Assembly: GCA_947628305.1 (NCBI GenBank)
Contig: CANQZG010000016.1
Location: 304-64,303 of the forward strand
Direction of reading: 5' to 3'
DNA: 64,000 bases
Source: an uncultured Muribaculaceae bacterium
GTDB lineage: Bacteria > Bacteroidota > Bacteroidia > Bacteroidales > Muribaculaceae
The stretch's first letter is position 1; each line of letters begins with the position of its first letter. Made by a program: the position numbers and the translations under genes. The notes beneath the pieces are model-generated. The model was not told the origin of the DNA. It saw only the letters and a list, made by a program, of their open reading frames with translations, and made no database searches. Shown piece after piece: positions 9,681 to 16,899 of the stretch.

Positions 9681-11756
9681 ATGGCAACATTAGAAAAAAT
9701 CAGGAGCAAGTCGGTATTCTTGCTCGTAGTCATCGGCCTTGCGTTGCTGGCTTTTGTCATCGGCGGCTTCTTCACATCGGGCCGTACTTTCTTCGGTACA
9801 GGTACAACCATCGCTAAGGTAGGCGGTCAGAAAATCGATGTCCAAGAATTCCAGCACCGTGTCGAGCAGACCAATCTGCAATATCAGAATTCGGGTCAGA
9901 AGATAGACCAGGCCGTGCTTCAGCAGCAGGTGTTAAGCCAGATGATTGCTGAGAAACTTTTTAACAAAGAAATAGATGAACTCGGTCTCGTTGTGACAGA
10001 CAGCGAGTTGACCGATGCCATGTTAGGGGCAAATTCACAATATGTCAATCAACTCGTGCAGCAACAGACTGGTATCGAGTCGGCCGCTATGGTCAATGAC
10101 ATGATAAACAACCCTGCCAAATATCAACTTGGCCAGGAACAGGTGCAGCAGATACGTGATTACTGGATTGGTCTTGAGAAACAAATCGAGCAGGAACTCC
10201 TTCAGGCTAAGTTCCAGAACCTGTTTGCGGGTACGATTGTAGCCAATCAACTTGATGCGAAGGCGTTGTATGACGAGAATGCCGCAACGGCCCATATCGC
10301 ATACGCCAAGAAGGAATACAGCTCACTGCCTGATGACAAGTTCGCGGTGAGCGATGATGAAATCAAGGCGGAATGGAATAAGACAAAGAAACGCTATGAG
10401 TTGTCAGAACCTATGCGCGCCGTCAGCTATATCGCTGTGGACATTGTTCCGTCGGCAGGAGACTTGGCGGCCGGAAAGAAAGCTGTTGAAAACGCGCTTT
10501 CGGGTCTCCGTTATTCCAATGAACTCGAAGGATTGAAGGATATGCCCGAATTTATCGTTGACCGTCAGACGGTGACAAAATCGGCAATCCGTGACGAACA
10601 ACTGAAAAAATTTGTTGACTCGGCTTCGGTTGCAACCGCCGAGCGCATCTCTGTGCGCGGTAATGAGTACACCCTTGCGAAACTCCTCGGCAAGACACAG
10701 GCCGTGGACTCTATCAATGTGGATATGATGATGGTCAACGGTACACGTGCGCAGGTTGACTCAATCGTCAACGCCCTCAATGGTGGCACGGCATGGGCCG
10801 AGGTCGCTAAGTCATCTCTTGTGTCCGGCAGCCAGGACAGCACCTGGGTGTCGTTGGTTGACCCCAATCTCGCGATGCTCAAGTCGACGCTCGAGAACGC
10901 TACGGTAGGGCAGGCGTTCACCCCCGACACTATTGCCGATGGCGGACGAGTGTTCCGTGTCCGTAACCGTCGTGCGGCTGTTCCCGTGTATGACCTCGCT
11001 GTCGTGCGGTATACAATCGAGCCGTCCGACGCCACTGTTGAACAGTTGACAACATCTTTGCAGGACTTTGTGGACAATAACAAGACGGCTGCCGATTTTG
11101 AAAAGAACGCTCCGGCGGCTCATTATACCACGACCCCTGCCAAGGTGTCCCCCTCTACTCCGCAGCTCGGTCGCCTGGAGGATTCCCGTGACATGGTGGC
11201 TTGGGCGATGAACGCCAAGAAGGGTGAGGTTTCACCCGTGTTTGGCGATGAGTCGGCCGGACGTGTGGTGGCGTTGACCGTAGATGACATTTATGATTCA
11301 GGTTACGTTCCCTCGACCGACCCCGATGTTCGTTCACAGTTGCTTGCCAAGATACGCGATGATAAGAAAGCCGCCGATTTACTGGGACAATATAAAGGTA
11401 AGGCCAAGGATTTGGCTGGTTATGCCAAGTTGATGGGGTCAAGCGTGGACTCTGCCGCCGTGACTTTCGGACAGTTCTTCATTTCGGGACTCGGTGCCAA
11501 TGAAAGCGAAATTACCGCCCGCGTGGCCAATGCCAAGAAAGGTCAACTCGTAGGTCCTGTCAAAGGCAATACAGGTGTGGTTGTATTCCAGGTGGCCGAT
11601 ATCGATAATTCCGGTCGTCCATATAACTTCGATGAGTCTGCGATGATGTATATGCAACAGCGCGGTGCTGGAGTCTTGATGCGTCAACTCACCCCGATAC
11701 TCATCGGCAATGAAAAAATCACCAACAACATGCTCAAGTTCTTTAACCGCAACTAA
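9681..11756 (+). CDS. PpiD/SurA-like periplasmic chaperone (peptidyl-prolyl isomerase family)
   Basis: 691 aa. N-terminal membrane anchor (VFLLVVIGLALLAFVIGGFF) and a SurA_N-like region (QQQVLSQMIAEKLF). Confidence 0.75.
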   Translation: MATLEKIRSKSVFLLVVIGLALLAFVIGGFFTSGRTFFGTGTTIAKVGGQKIDVQEFQHRVEQTNLQYQNSGQKIDQAVLQQQVLSQMIAEKLFNKEIDELGLVVTDSELTDAMLGANSQYVNQLVQQQTGIESAAMVNDMINNPAKYQLGQEQVQQIRDYWIGLEKQIEQELLQAKFQNLFAGTIVANQLDAKALYDENAATAHIAYAKKEYSSLPDDKFAVSDDEIKAEWNKTKKRYELSEPMRAVSYIAVDIVPSAGDLAAGKKAVENALSGLRYSNELEGLKDMPEFIVDRQTVTKSAIRDEQLKKFVDSASVATAERISVRGNEYTLAKLLGKTQAVDSINVDMMMVNGTRAQVDSIVNALNGGTAWAEVAKSSLVSGSQDSTWVSLVDPNLAMLKSTLENATVGQAFTPDTIADGGRVFRVRNRRAAVPVYDLAVVRYTIEPSDATVEQLTTSLQDFVDNNKTAADFEKNAPAAHYTTTPAKVSPSTPQLGRLEDSRDMVAWAMNAKKGEVSPVFGDESAGRVVALTVDDIYDSGYVPSTDPDVRSQLLAKIRDDKKAADLLGQYKGKAKDLAGYAKLMGSSVDSAAVTFGQFFISGLGANESEITARVANAKKGQLVGPVKGNTGVVVFQVADIDNSGRPYNFDESAMMYMQQRGAGVLMRQLTPILIGNEKITNNMLKFFNRN

Positions 11757-11777
11757 GCCGGGGATTGACAAGATACA

Positions 11778-11817
11778 ACGACAGGCGTCACGATTTTTCG
11801 TGACGCCTGTCGTTTTT
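11778..11817 (+). terminator. Rho-independent terminator
   Basis: ACGACAGGCGTCACG-attttt-CGTGACGCCTGTCGT (15-bp perfect stem) followed by TTTTT. Confidence 0.85.
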
Positions 11818-11849
11818 AGGAGACTTTTTGTAAATTGAAAATATAGGAC

Positions 11850-11857
11850 TATCTTTG
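11850..11857 (+). promoter_or_regulatory. Candidate -7 box (TATCTTTG) for the GH43 gene
   Basis: Matches TAnnTTTG. The left 16-bp inverted repeat begins 8 nt downstream. Confidence 0.45.
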
Positions 11858-11864
11858 TGTCTAT

Positions 11865-11880
11865 GAAGTCATCTTGACTT
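11865..11880. repeat. Left copy of a perfect 16-bp inverted repeat (GAAGTCATCTTGACTT)
   Basis: Exact reverse complement of 12043-12058. It is itself a near-palindrome (GAAGTCA-TCT-TGACTTt). Confidence 0.9.
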
Positions 11881-11932
11881 TTGAATCGTTGACATTTCCA
11901 GGCATTCTTGAGGACGTTTTGGGGTTGTTTCA

Positions 11933-11958
11933 AGGGAGCGATGCGGGCATCGTGACCG
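11933..11958 (+). repeat. 26-nt conserved motif AGGGAGCGATGCGGGCATCGTGACCG, copy 1
   Basis: Identical to the reverse complement of 44412-44437. Contains the internal palindrome CGATGC-gg-GCATCG. Confidence 0.9.
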
Positions 11959-12042
11959 CGGAGCAGCACAAAAACAGACCAAGCATGACGGAAAGGTCTC
12001 GAAATAATTCACAGATGACGGATGATTTTAATATCTTTCAAT

Positions 12043-12058
12043 AAGTCAAGATGACTTC
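12043..12058. repeat. Right copy of the 16-bp inverted repeat (AAGTCAAGATGACTTC)
   Basis: Exact reverse complement of 11865-11880. It covers the first in-frame ATG (12051) of the GH43 ORF. Confidence 0.9.
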
Positions 12059-12083
12059 TATATCCATAATCAATCAACCAATC

Positions 12084-13058
12084 ATGAAAACTAAAAATTA
12101 CTTGAAACGTATTTTCGTCTCGGCATTAGCGATATTAGCGGTGTCACCCTGTGTCAATGCCGGAGACAAGGACTTCAAAGGCTATCTTTTCACTTATTTC
12201 ACAGGAAACCGTATCGAGCAGGAGGCAATCTGTTACGCATTGAGCGAGGACGGACTCCATTTCAAGGCTCTTAACGGTAATAAACCTATCATAGATTCTA
12301 AGAAGATAAGTCTAACAGGAGGTGTGCGCGACCCACACATTTTAAGATGTGAGGATGGAAAAACATTCTATATGGTGGTGACCGACATGGTGTCGGCCAA
12401 CGGCTGGGACTCCAACCGCGGGATGGTGCTGATGAAATCGACCGACCTCGTGAATTGGAAACATTCGGCAATACACATCCCCACGCGTTATGCAGGACAG
12501 GAGAATCTGAAACGTGTGTGGGCCCCGCAGACTATTTATGACCCCGAATGCAAGAAGTATATGGTCTATTGGTCGATGCAGCATGGCAACGGGCCTGACA
12601 TAATATATTATGCCTACGCCAACAAGGATTTCTCCGACCTTGAAGGCGAGCCACGCCCACTGTTCATACCTGCCGATAAGAAATCCTGTATCGATGGAGA
12701 TATTGTTTTCCATGACGGTAAATTCCATCTGTTTTACAAGACCGAGGGACACGGCAACGGCATAAAGGTCGCCACCACTCGCTCGCTTACATCGGGACAA
12801 TGGGACGAAGACCCTGAATACAAGCAGCAGACAACCGATGCTGTCGAGGGCGCGGGCACTTTCAAACTTATCGGACAGGATAAGTACATCCTGATGTATG
12901 ACGTCTATATGAACAAGAAATATCAGTTCACCGAGACCACCGACCTCAAGAATTTTACAATCGTCGATGGCGTGGAGATGGACTTCCATCCGCGCCACGG
13001 GACTGTGATTCCCGTCACTGCCAAGGAAATGAAGCGGCTTCGCAGGCAATATCGTTGA
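12084..13058 (+). CDS. Glycoside hydrolase family 43 protein (secreted)
   Basis: Signal peptide MKTKNYLKRIFVSALAILAVSPCVNA. GH43-type blades (GGVRDPHILRCEDGKTFYMVVTDM, RVWAPQTIYD, CIDGDIVFHDGKFHLFYK). The ORF is also open from ATG 12051. Confidence 0.8.
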   Translation: MKTKNYLKRIFVSALAILAVSPCVNAGDKDFKGYLFTYFTGNRIEQEAICYALSEDGLHFKALNGNKPIIDSKKISLTGGVRDPHILRCEDGKTFYMVVTDMVSANGWDSNRGMVLMKSTDLVNWKHSAIHIPTRYAGQENLKRVWAPQTIYDPECKKYMVYWSMQHGNGPDIIYYAYANKDFSDLEGEPRPLFIPADKKSCIDGDIVFHDGKFHLFYKTEGHGNGIKVATTRSLTSGQWDEDPEYKQQTTDAVEGAGTFKLIGQDKYILMYDVYMNKKYQFTETTDLKNFTIVDGVEMDFHPRHGTVIPVTAKEMKRLRRQYR

Positions 13059-13142
13059 TATTGGTCTGATAAACGGTATTTTCGGTAGCGTGTGTGATGT
13101 TGGGATTATTTATTTTTGTGTCATAAATATAAACAAATTCTG

Positions 13143-13958
13143 ATGAAGTACTTATTTTTAACGATAGTTTTATCATTGGCATTATCAACAACAATGGCAC
13201 AGGAAAAAATAACCCAGACAGCTGGACGTACCCAACTCGGTGAATTTGCCCCCAAGTTCGCAGAACTGAACGATGACGTCCTTTTCGGGGAGGTGTGGAA
13301 TCGTCCCGGCCTTTCACCTCATGACCGTAGTATGATTACAGTCGCAACGCTTGTAGGCAAAGGGATTATCGACTCATCGCTCGGTCATCATCTCCAATTC
13401 GCCAAGAATAACGGGGTGACACGTGAGGAGATTTCAGAGATGCTCACCCACATCGCTTTCTATGCCGGATGGCCCAATGCCTGGGGGGCGTTCCGCCTCG
13501 CCAAGGATGTGTGGAATGACAGTTCGGCATCAGGAGACGATGCCAAGTCGCGTTTCCAACGTGAGATGATATTCCCGATTGGAGAACCTAACACGGCATA
13601 CGCCAAGTATTTCACAGGCAACAGCTACCTGGCGCGTGTATCCACCTCACAGATTCCGTTTGCCAATGTCACATTCGAGCCGCGTTGCCGTAACAACTGG
13701 CACATCCATCATGCCTCCAAGGGTGGGGGACAGATGCTTGTCGGTGTCGCAGGCCGAGGATGGTATCAGGAAGAAGGGAAACCGGCACAGGAAATCCTTC
13801 CGGGGACAGTGATACATATTCCCGCTAATGTCAAACACTGGCACGGGGCGGCTAAAAACAGCTGGTTTGCCCACCTTGCGTTTGAAATCCCCGGGGAGGA
13901 CACATCAAACGAATGGCTTGAGCCGGTGACTGACGAGGAGTACGACAGTTTGAAATAG
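13143..13958 (+). CDS. Carboxymuconolactone decarboxylase (AhpD-like) and cupin fusion protein
   Basis: Signal-like N-terminus MKYLFLTIVLSLALS. CMD region GEVWNRPGLSPHDRSMITVATLVGKG. Cupin region GQMLVGVAGRGWYQEEGKPAQEILPGTVIHIPANVKHWHGA. Confidence 0.7.
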   Translation: MKYLFLTIVLSLALSTTMAQEKITQTAGRTQLGEFAPKFAELNDDVLFGEVWNRPGLSPHDRSMITVATLVGKGIIDSSLGHHLQFAKNNGVTREEISEMLTHIAFYAGWPNAWGAFRLAKDVWNDSSASGDDAKSRFQREMIFPIGEPNTAYAKYFTGNSYLARVSTSQIPFANVTFEPRCRNNWHIHHASKGGGQMLVGVAGRGWYQEEGKPAQEILPGTVIHIPANVKHWHGAAKNSWFAHLAFEIPGEDTSNEWLEPVTDEEYDSLK

Positions 13959-13965
13959 TGGAGGC

Positions 13966-14346
13966 TCAACGCGACATCAGTGGCGGACGGAAGGCATCGG
14001 CATAGTGTGTAAGACGACATCCCGCCACATTGTTCACCGGGTCGCCGATTACGGTGATGATGTCAAACTGCGGTTCGTGAGGGATATTGTAGATGCGTAT
14101 ATACCTGTCGGCTGCGCGGGCGAGACGACACTGTTTCTTGTGGTCAACGGCGTCCAAAGGGTCGGTGAAGTCACTCGAACGGGTCTTGACCTCCACGAAT
14201 GCAATGCGGTTGTCCTTGATGGCTATGAAGTCCAACTCAACCCCGCATATCACGATGTTTTCGCCCCCTATCGCATATCCTTGCTTGAGAAGATACTCAC
14301 GGGCGAGCCTTTCGCCCGCTATGCCTAATTCGTTATGTTGTGCCAT
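13966..14346 (-). CDS. yraN: YraN-family (UPF0102) endonuclease-like protein
   Basis: 126 aa. GIAGERLAREYLLKQGYAI, GVELDFIA and AFVEVKTR are typical of UPF0102. Confidence 0.8.
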   Translation of the reverse strand: MAQHNELGIAGERLAREYLLKQGYAIGGENIVICGVELDFIAIKDNRIAFVEVKTRSSDFTDPLDAVDHKKQCRLARAADRYIRIYNIPHEPQFDIITVIGDPVNNVAGCRLTHYADAFRPPLMSR

Positions 14347-14384
14347 TGTGCAAATGTAATGAATCCATCTGCCAAAAACAAAAA

Positions 14385-14414
14385 AAGTGGGGCACGGTTT
14401 TATCCGTGCCCCAC
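14385..14414. terminator. Hairpin after/before yraN (bidirectional)
   Basis: AGTGGGGCACGG-ttttat-CCGTGCCCCACT (12-bp stem) preceded by A7. Confidence 0.55.
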
Positions 14415-14798
14415 TCCACGTTTCAACTATTTATTTATGAGAGCCTTAGTACCCAGTATCACTACTCGATAAAAAGGACGAGGGATGTAAAAATGCTTGT
14501 CTCTATCATTTACTCATTTCTACTTACGTTACATTATTACAACAAGCGGCTCATCCTTTTGACCGAAATGCCTGCACTAAAAGAGATTAAAAAGTGTTTA
14601 TCCATAGGGGTTTTATATTAAAACTCCTCGGATATTAACATTTTTCATGTAAATCCGGGCATTTGTCGCTATCCGCCCTTTTTATCCGGGTGATAAACTA
14701 TCGTGTCAGGTTTTTCGCATTGTCCCATTGTATATTGAATATAACCATTTTTAACACACAAACGGTCGGTCATATTTGCATACTCTCTCAAAAGTCCC

Positions 14799-14806
14799 TA
14801 CCTTTG
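14799..14806 (+). promoter_or_regulatory. Candidate -7 box (TACCTTTG) for tRNA(CAT)
   Basis: Matches TAnnTTTG, about 63 nt upstream of the tRNA 5' end. Confidence 0.4.
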
Positions 14807-14868
14807 TCCTCACCAAAAGATAGGGCAACGCTCAGAATGGAAACAGTTCCATTGACGGCGGTCCATCA

Positions 14869-14942
14869 GGTCCCATAGCTCAGTTGGTTAGAGCACCTGA
14901 CTCATAATCAGGGAGTCCTAGGTTCAAGCCCTAGTGGGACCA
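14869..14942 (+). tRNA. tRNA with anticodon CAT (elongator Met or lysidine-type Ile2); integration target
   Basis: Cloverleaf: GGTCCCA/TGGGACC acceptor, GCTC-AGTTGGTTA-GAGC D arm, CCTGA-CTCATAA-TCAGG anticodon arm, CTAGG-TTCAAGC-CCTAG T arm. The C4:G69 and C5:G68 pairs resemble E. coli tRNA-Ile2. Confidence 0.9.
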
Positions 14943-14943
14943 C
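14900..14943 (+). repeat. attL direct repeat (3' 43 nt of the tRNA plus 1 nt)
   Basis: ACTCATAATCAGGGAGTCCTAGGTTCAAGCCCTAGTGGGACCAC, identical to 32137-32180. Confidence 0.95.
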
Positions 14944-14996
14944 CTCTTAAAAATCAAGCAGTTACGAATCCACTCGTAGCTGCTTTTTCTTTTGCC

Positions 14997-15096
14997 TTGA
15001 ACACAAATCTGAACACAACTCGGCTTCAACTCGTTTCCGCCGCCACTGGCACCCCTCTGTGTTCATGCCCTTGTGTTCATGCCCTTGTGTTCAAAC
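14997..15096. repeat. Arm-type recombinase-site cluster, left end (TGTGTTCA / TGAACACA)
   Basis: TTGAACACAAATCTGAACACAAC (14997-15019), then tandem TGTGTTCATGCCCT x2 followed by TGTGTTCAAAC (15058-15096). Confidence 0.7.
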
Positions 15097-15241
15097 TATG
15101 GCTGGTGAAAAGAAAATAATAAGGTGGAACCTTTCTTTTTGCCCAGCATACGCCCTCCTTATATATTGGTTTAGGTTTAGTCGGGCATATATAAAGCCCG
15201 AACCAAACCAAGTCTGACTTGCTCATCTGCACAAATATGGG

Positions 15242-15249
15242 TAACTTTG
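15242..15249 (+). promoter_or_regulatory. Candidate -7 box (TAACTTTG) for the ECF sigma cargo operon
   Basis: Matches TAnnTTTG, 31 nt upstream of the ATG at 15280. Confidence 0.45.
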
Positions 15250-15279
15250 TAGTCTGATTCTCCTATAGCACTGCATATT

Positions 15280-15780
15280 ATGACATCCAAAGAATTTGAA
15301 ATATTCTTCCGTAGGCTGTACTTGCCGCTTGGCATGTACGCCCTGCGCATTGTCGATGACGCGGATGTTGCCGAGGATATGGTTCAGGAGGCTTTTATCA
15401 AGACATGGAGGCAACTGGAGACCGGACGGGAAATATCAAATTTCAAGGCCTTTATATATAGGTGTGTAAGAAATGAATGCCTGACATATCTTTCAACGCA
15501 GGAAAATAAAGTCGGGGAAGAACTGATACCTGATGTGGGCGAAGAGGTGATCGACACATCATTCCGAGACGCAAGAATTTGGAAAGCCATCGATGAACTG
15601 CCGGAGAAATGTCGGGAGATATTCCTGATGAGCAAGCGTGATGGATATTCAAACGAGGAAATATCTGAAGAACTCGGTATATCCATAAAGACCGTCAAGA
15701 ATCAGATAACCAAAGCCTTAAGCCGTCTGCGCGAGGCTCTGAGTGACGGACACAAACCGTTCTTCCTGCCGTTCCTGTAA
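15280..15780 (+). CDS. ECF-type RNA polymerase sigma-70 family factor
   Basis: 166 aa. Region 2 (AEDMVQEAFIKTWR) and region 4 (LPEKCREIFLMSKRDGYSNEEISEELGISIKTVKNQITKA). Confidence 0.9.
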   Translation: MTSKEFEIFFRRLYLPLGMYALRIVDDADVAEDMVQEAFIKTWRQLETGREISNFKAFIYRCVRNECLTYLSTQENKVGEELIPDVGEEVIDTSFRDARIWKAIDELPEKCREIFLMSKRDGYSNEEISEELGISIKTVKNQITKALSRLREALSDGHKPFFLPFL

Positions 15781-15862
15781 TTTTTTTTGAAAAAATTTTC
15801 TTTTCGGATAGGACTTTTTCGCAGGATGCCAGTCATAGGTGTGAACAAAAGATATTCACATC

Positions 15863-16444
15863 ATGAAAAAGATACTTATCATCCTGACAATACTGCTGAC
15901 AACGCTTTCATCCGAAGCGCGACAACCGCGACGCGGCTACCGTGGTTTTCTGGAATGGAGCAACAGCGTCCGAAGTGAAAAATTTGGCTATTCGGATATG
16001 GGCGGCAACCTGCTGATGAGTCGTGAAAACACTTTCTATACCGGTTTTTCAACCTCACACGGTTATCAGATCAATCCGATGTTTTTTATTGGTGCCGGTC
16101 TCGGAATGGAACGGTGCGGAAAACTTGACAACTGGGTGGCACCCATATTTATTCAGGGACGAATAGACTTGAAGTTTGGCAAATTCACACCGTTTGGAGA
16201 TTTGCGGCTTGGCGCCAATGTCGCTGAAGGGGTCGGCGTATACATCTCACCGACCATTGGTTACAGATTCAACTGGGGACGCAAAATGGGTGTAAACCTC
16301 GGAATCGGTCTGTCTCTTGCCGGATATAGAGCAGATCATTATGAAGGCACCATGACCGGTCCGGATTCATATGAAATTCAATATGTAGGCACCAAGAATC
16401 ATATCCGTCCGTATTTCTCATTTCGCTTAGGCATAGATTTCTGA
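15863..16444 (+). CDS. Small outer-membrane beta-barrel-like protein
   Basis: 193 aa. Signal peptide MKKILIILTILLTTLSSEA, alternating Gly/aromatic beta-strand pattern, and C-terminal FSFRLGIDF ending in Phe, as in OMP barrels. Confidence 0.6.
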   Translation: MKKILIILTILLTTLSSEARQPRRGYRGFLEWSNSVRSEKFGYSDMGGNLLMSRENTFYTGFSTSHGYQINPMFFIGAGLGMERCGKLDNWVAPIFIQGRIDLKFGKFTPFGDLRLGANVAEGVGVYISPTIGYRFNWGRKMGVNLGIGLSLAGYRADHYEGTMTGPDSYEIQYVGTKNHIRPYFSFRLGIDF

Positions 16445-16449
16445 AAATT

Positions 16450-16899
16450 ATGAAAAACAAAGAAGTTGAATTCATAGCCCGCCGCTATAAAAAAGGAAGA
16501 TTCTCGCCAGATGCGGGATGGCGTCGTCTCGGTATAGCACCTATATCCATATGGAGAAGATATAGAGTTGCCGCAGCAGTTGCCGCCACTGTCATTCTAT
16601 CCGCTACAGCGACAATACTCTATAAAGAATATCGCATGGAAGATGTGCCGCAGCAAACTATGCCGGTCAAGACTCAGACAATAAACCCATTGGCAGAGGT
16701 CAAAGCCATAGACTTTGAAAATGCTCCGTTGCCTGATGTCATCAAGAAGATCGAGACTGTTTACAATGTCAAGGTTAATGGCATCCCGGCTTACCCTGAG
16801 GAATATGAGTTGTCTCTCCACTATGAAGGTACGCCGACCGACCTCATATCTGTAATCAATGAAATTCTCGGGACTCAAATGACCGTTACAGAGAAATGA
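16450..16899 (+). CDS. Short anti-sigma-like protein (TM helix plus DUF4974/FecR C-terminal-like domain)
   Basis: 149 aa. TM segment VAAAVAATVILSATATILY. C-terminus (IDFENAPLPDVIKKIETVYNVKV..LISVINEILGTQMTV) resembles DUF4974. The central FecR domain is absent. Confidence 0.65.
   Translation: MKNKEVEFIARRYKKGRFSPDAGWRRLGIAPISIWRRYRVAAAVAATVILSATATILYKEYRMEDVPQQTMPVKTQTINPLAEVKAIDFENAPLPDVIKKIETVYNVKVNGIPAYPEEYELSLHYEGTPTDLISVINEILGTQMTVTEK

Noticed and set aside
13130-13160. The AAGTACTT palindrome at the CMD-cupin start codon as another member of the GAAGTCA family
   Set aside because: It shares only GAAGT. The spacing and the second half-site differ, so this is most likely a coincidence of the codons for M-K-Y-L.
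14340-14878. 93-aa and 71-aa ORFs in the roughly 520-bp AT-rich spacer before tRNA(CAT), and the possibility of an ncRNA there
   Set aside because: The ORFs have no start context or motifs and cross a terminator hairpin. I saw only small hairpins and nothing resembling SRP, 6S or RNase P RNA. The region is left unannotated except for the candidate tRNA promoter.
15058-15096. A tandem 14-bp repeat that could be mistaken for a mini CRISPR array
   Set aside because: There are only 2.7 units with no spacers and no cas genes. The unit contains the TGTGTTCA 8-mer that recurs at the other element end, so it is interpreted as integrase arm sites.
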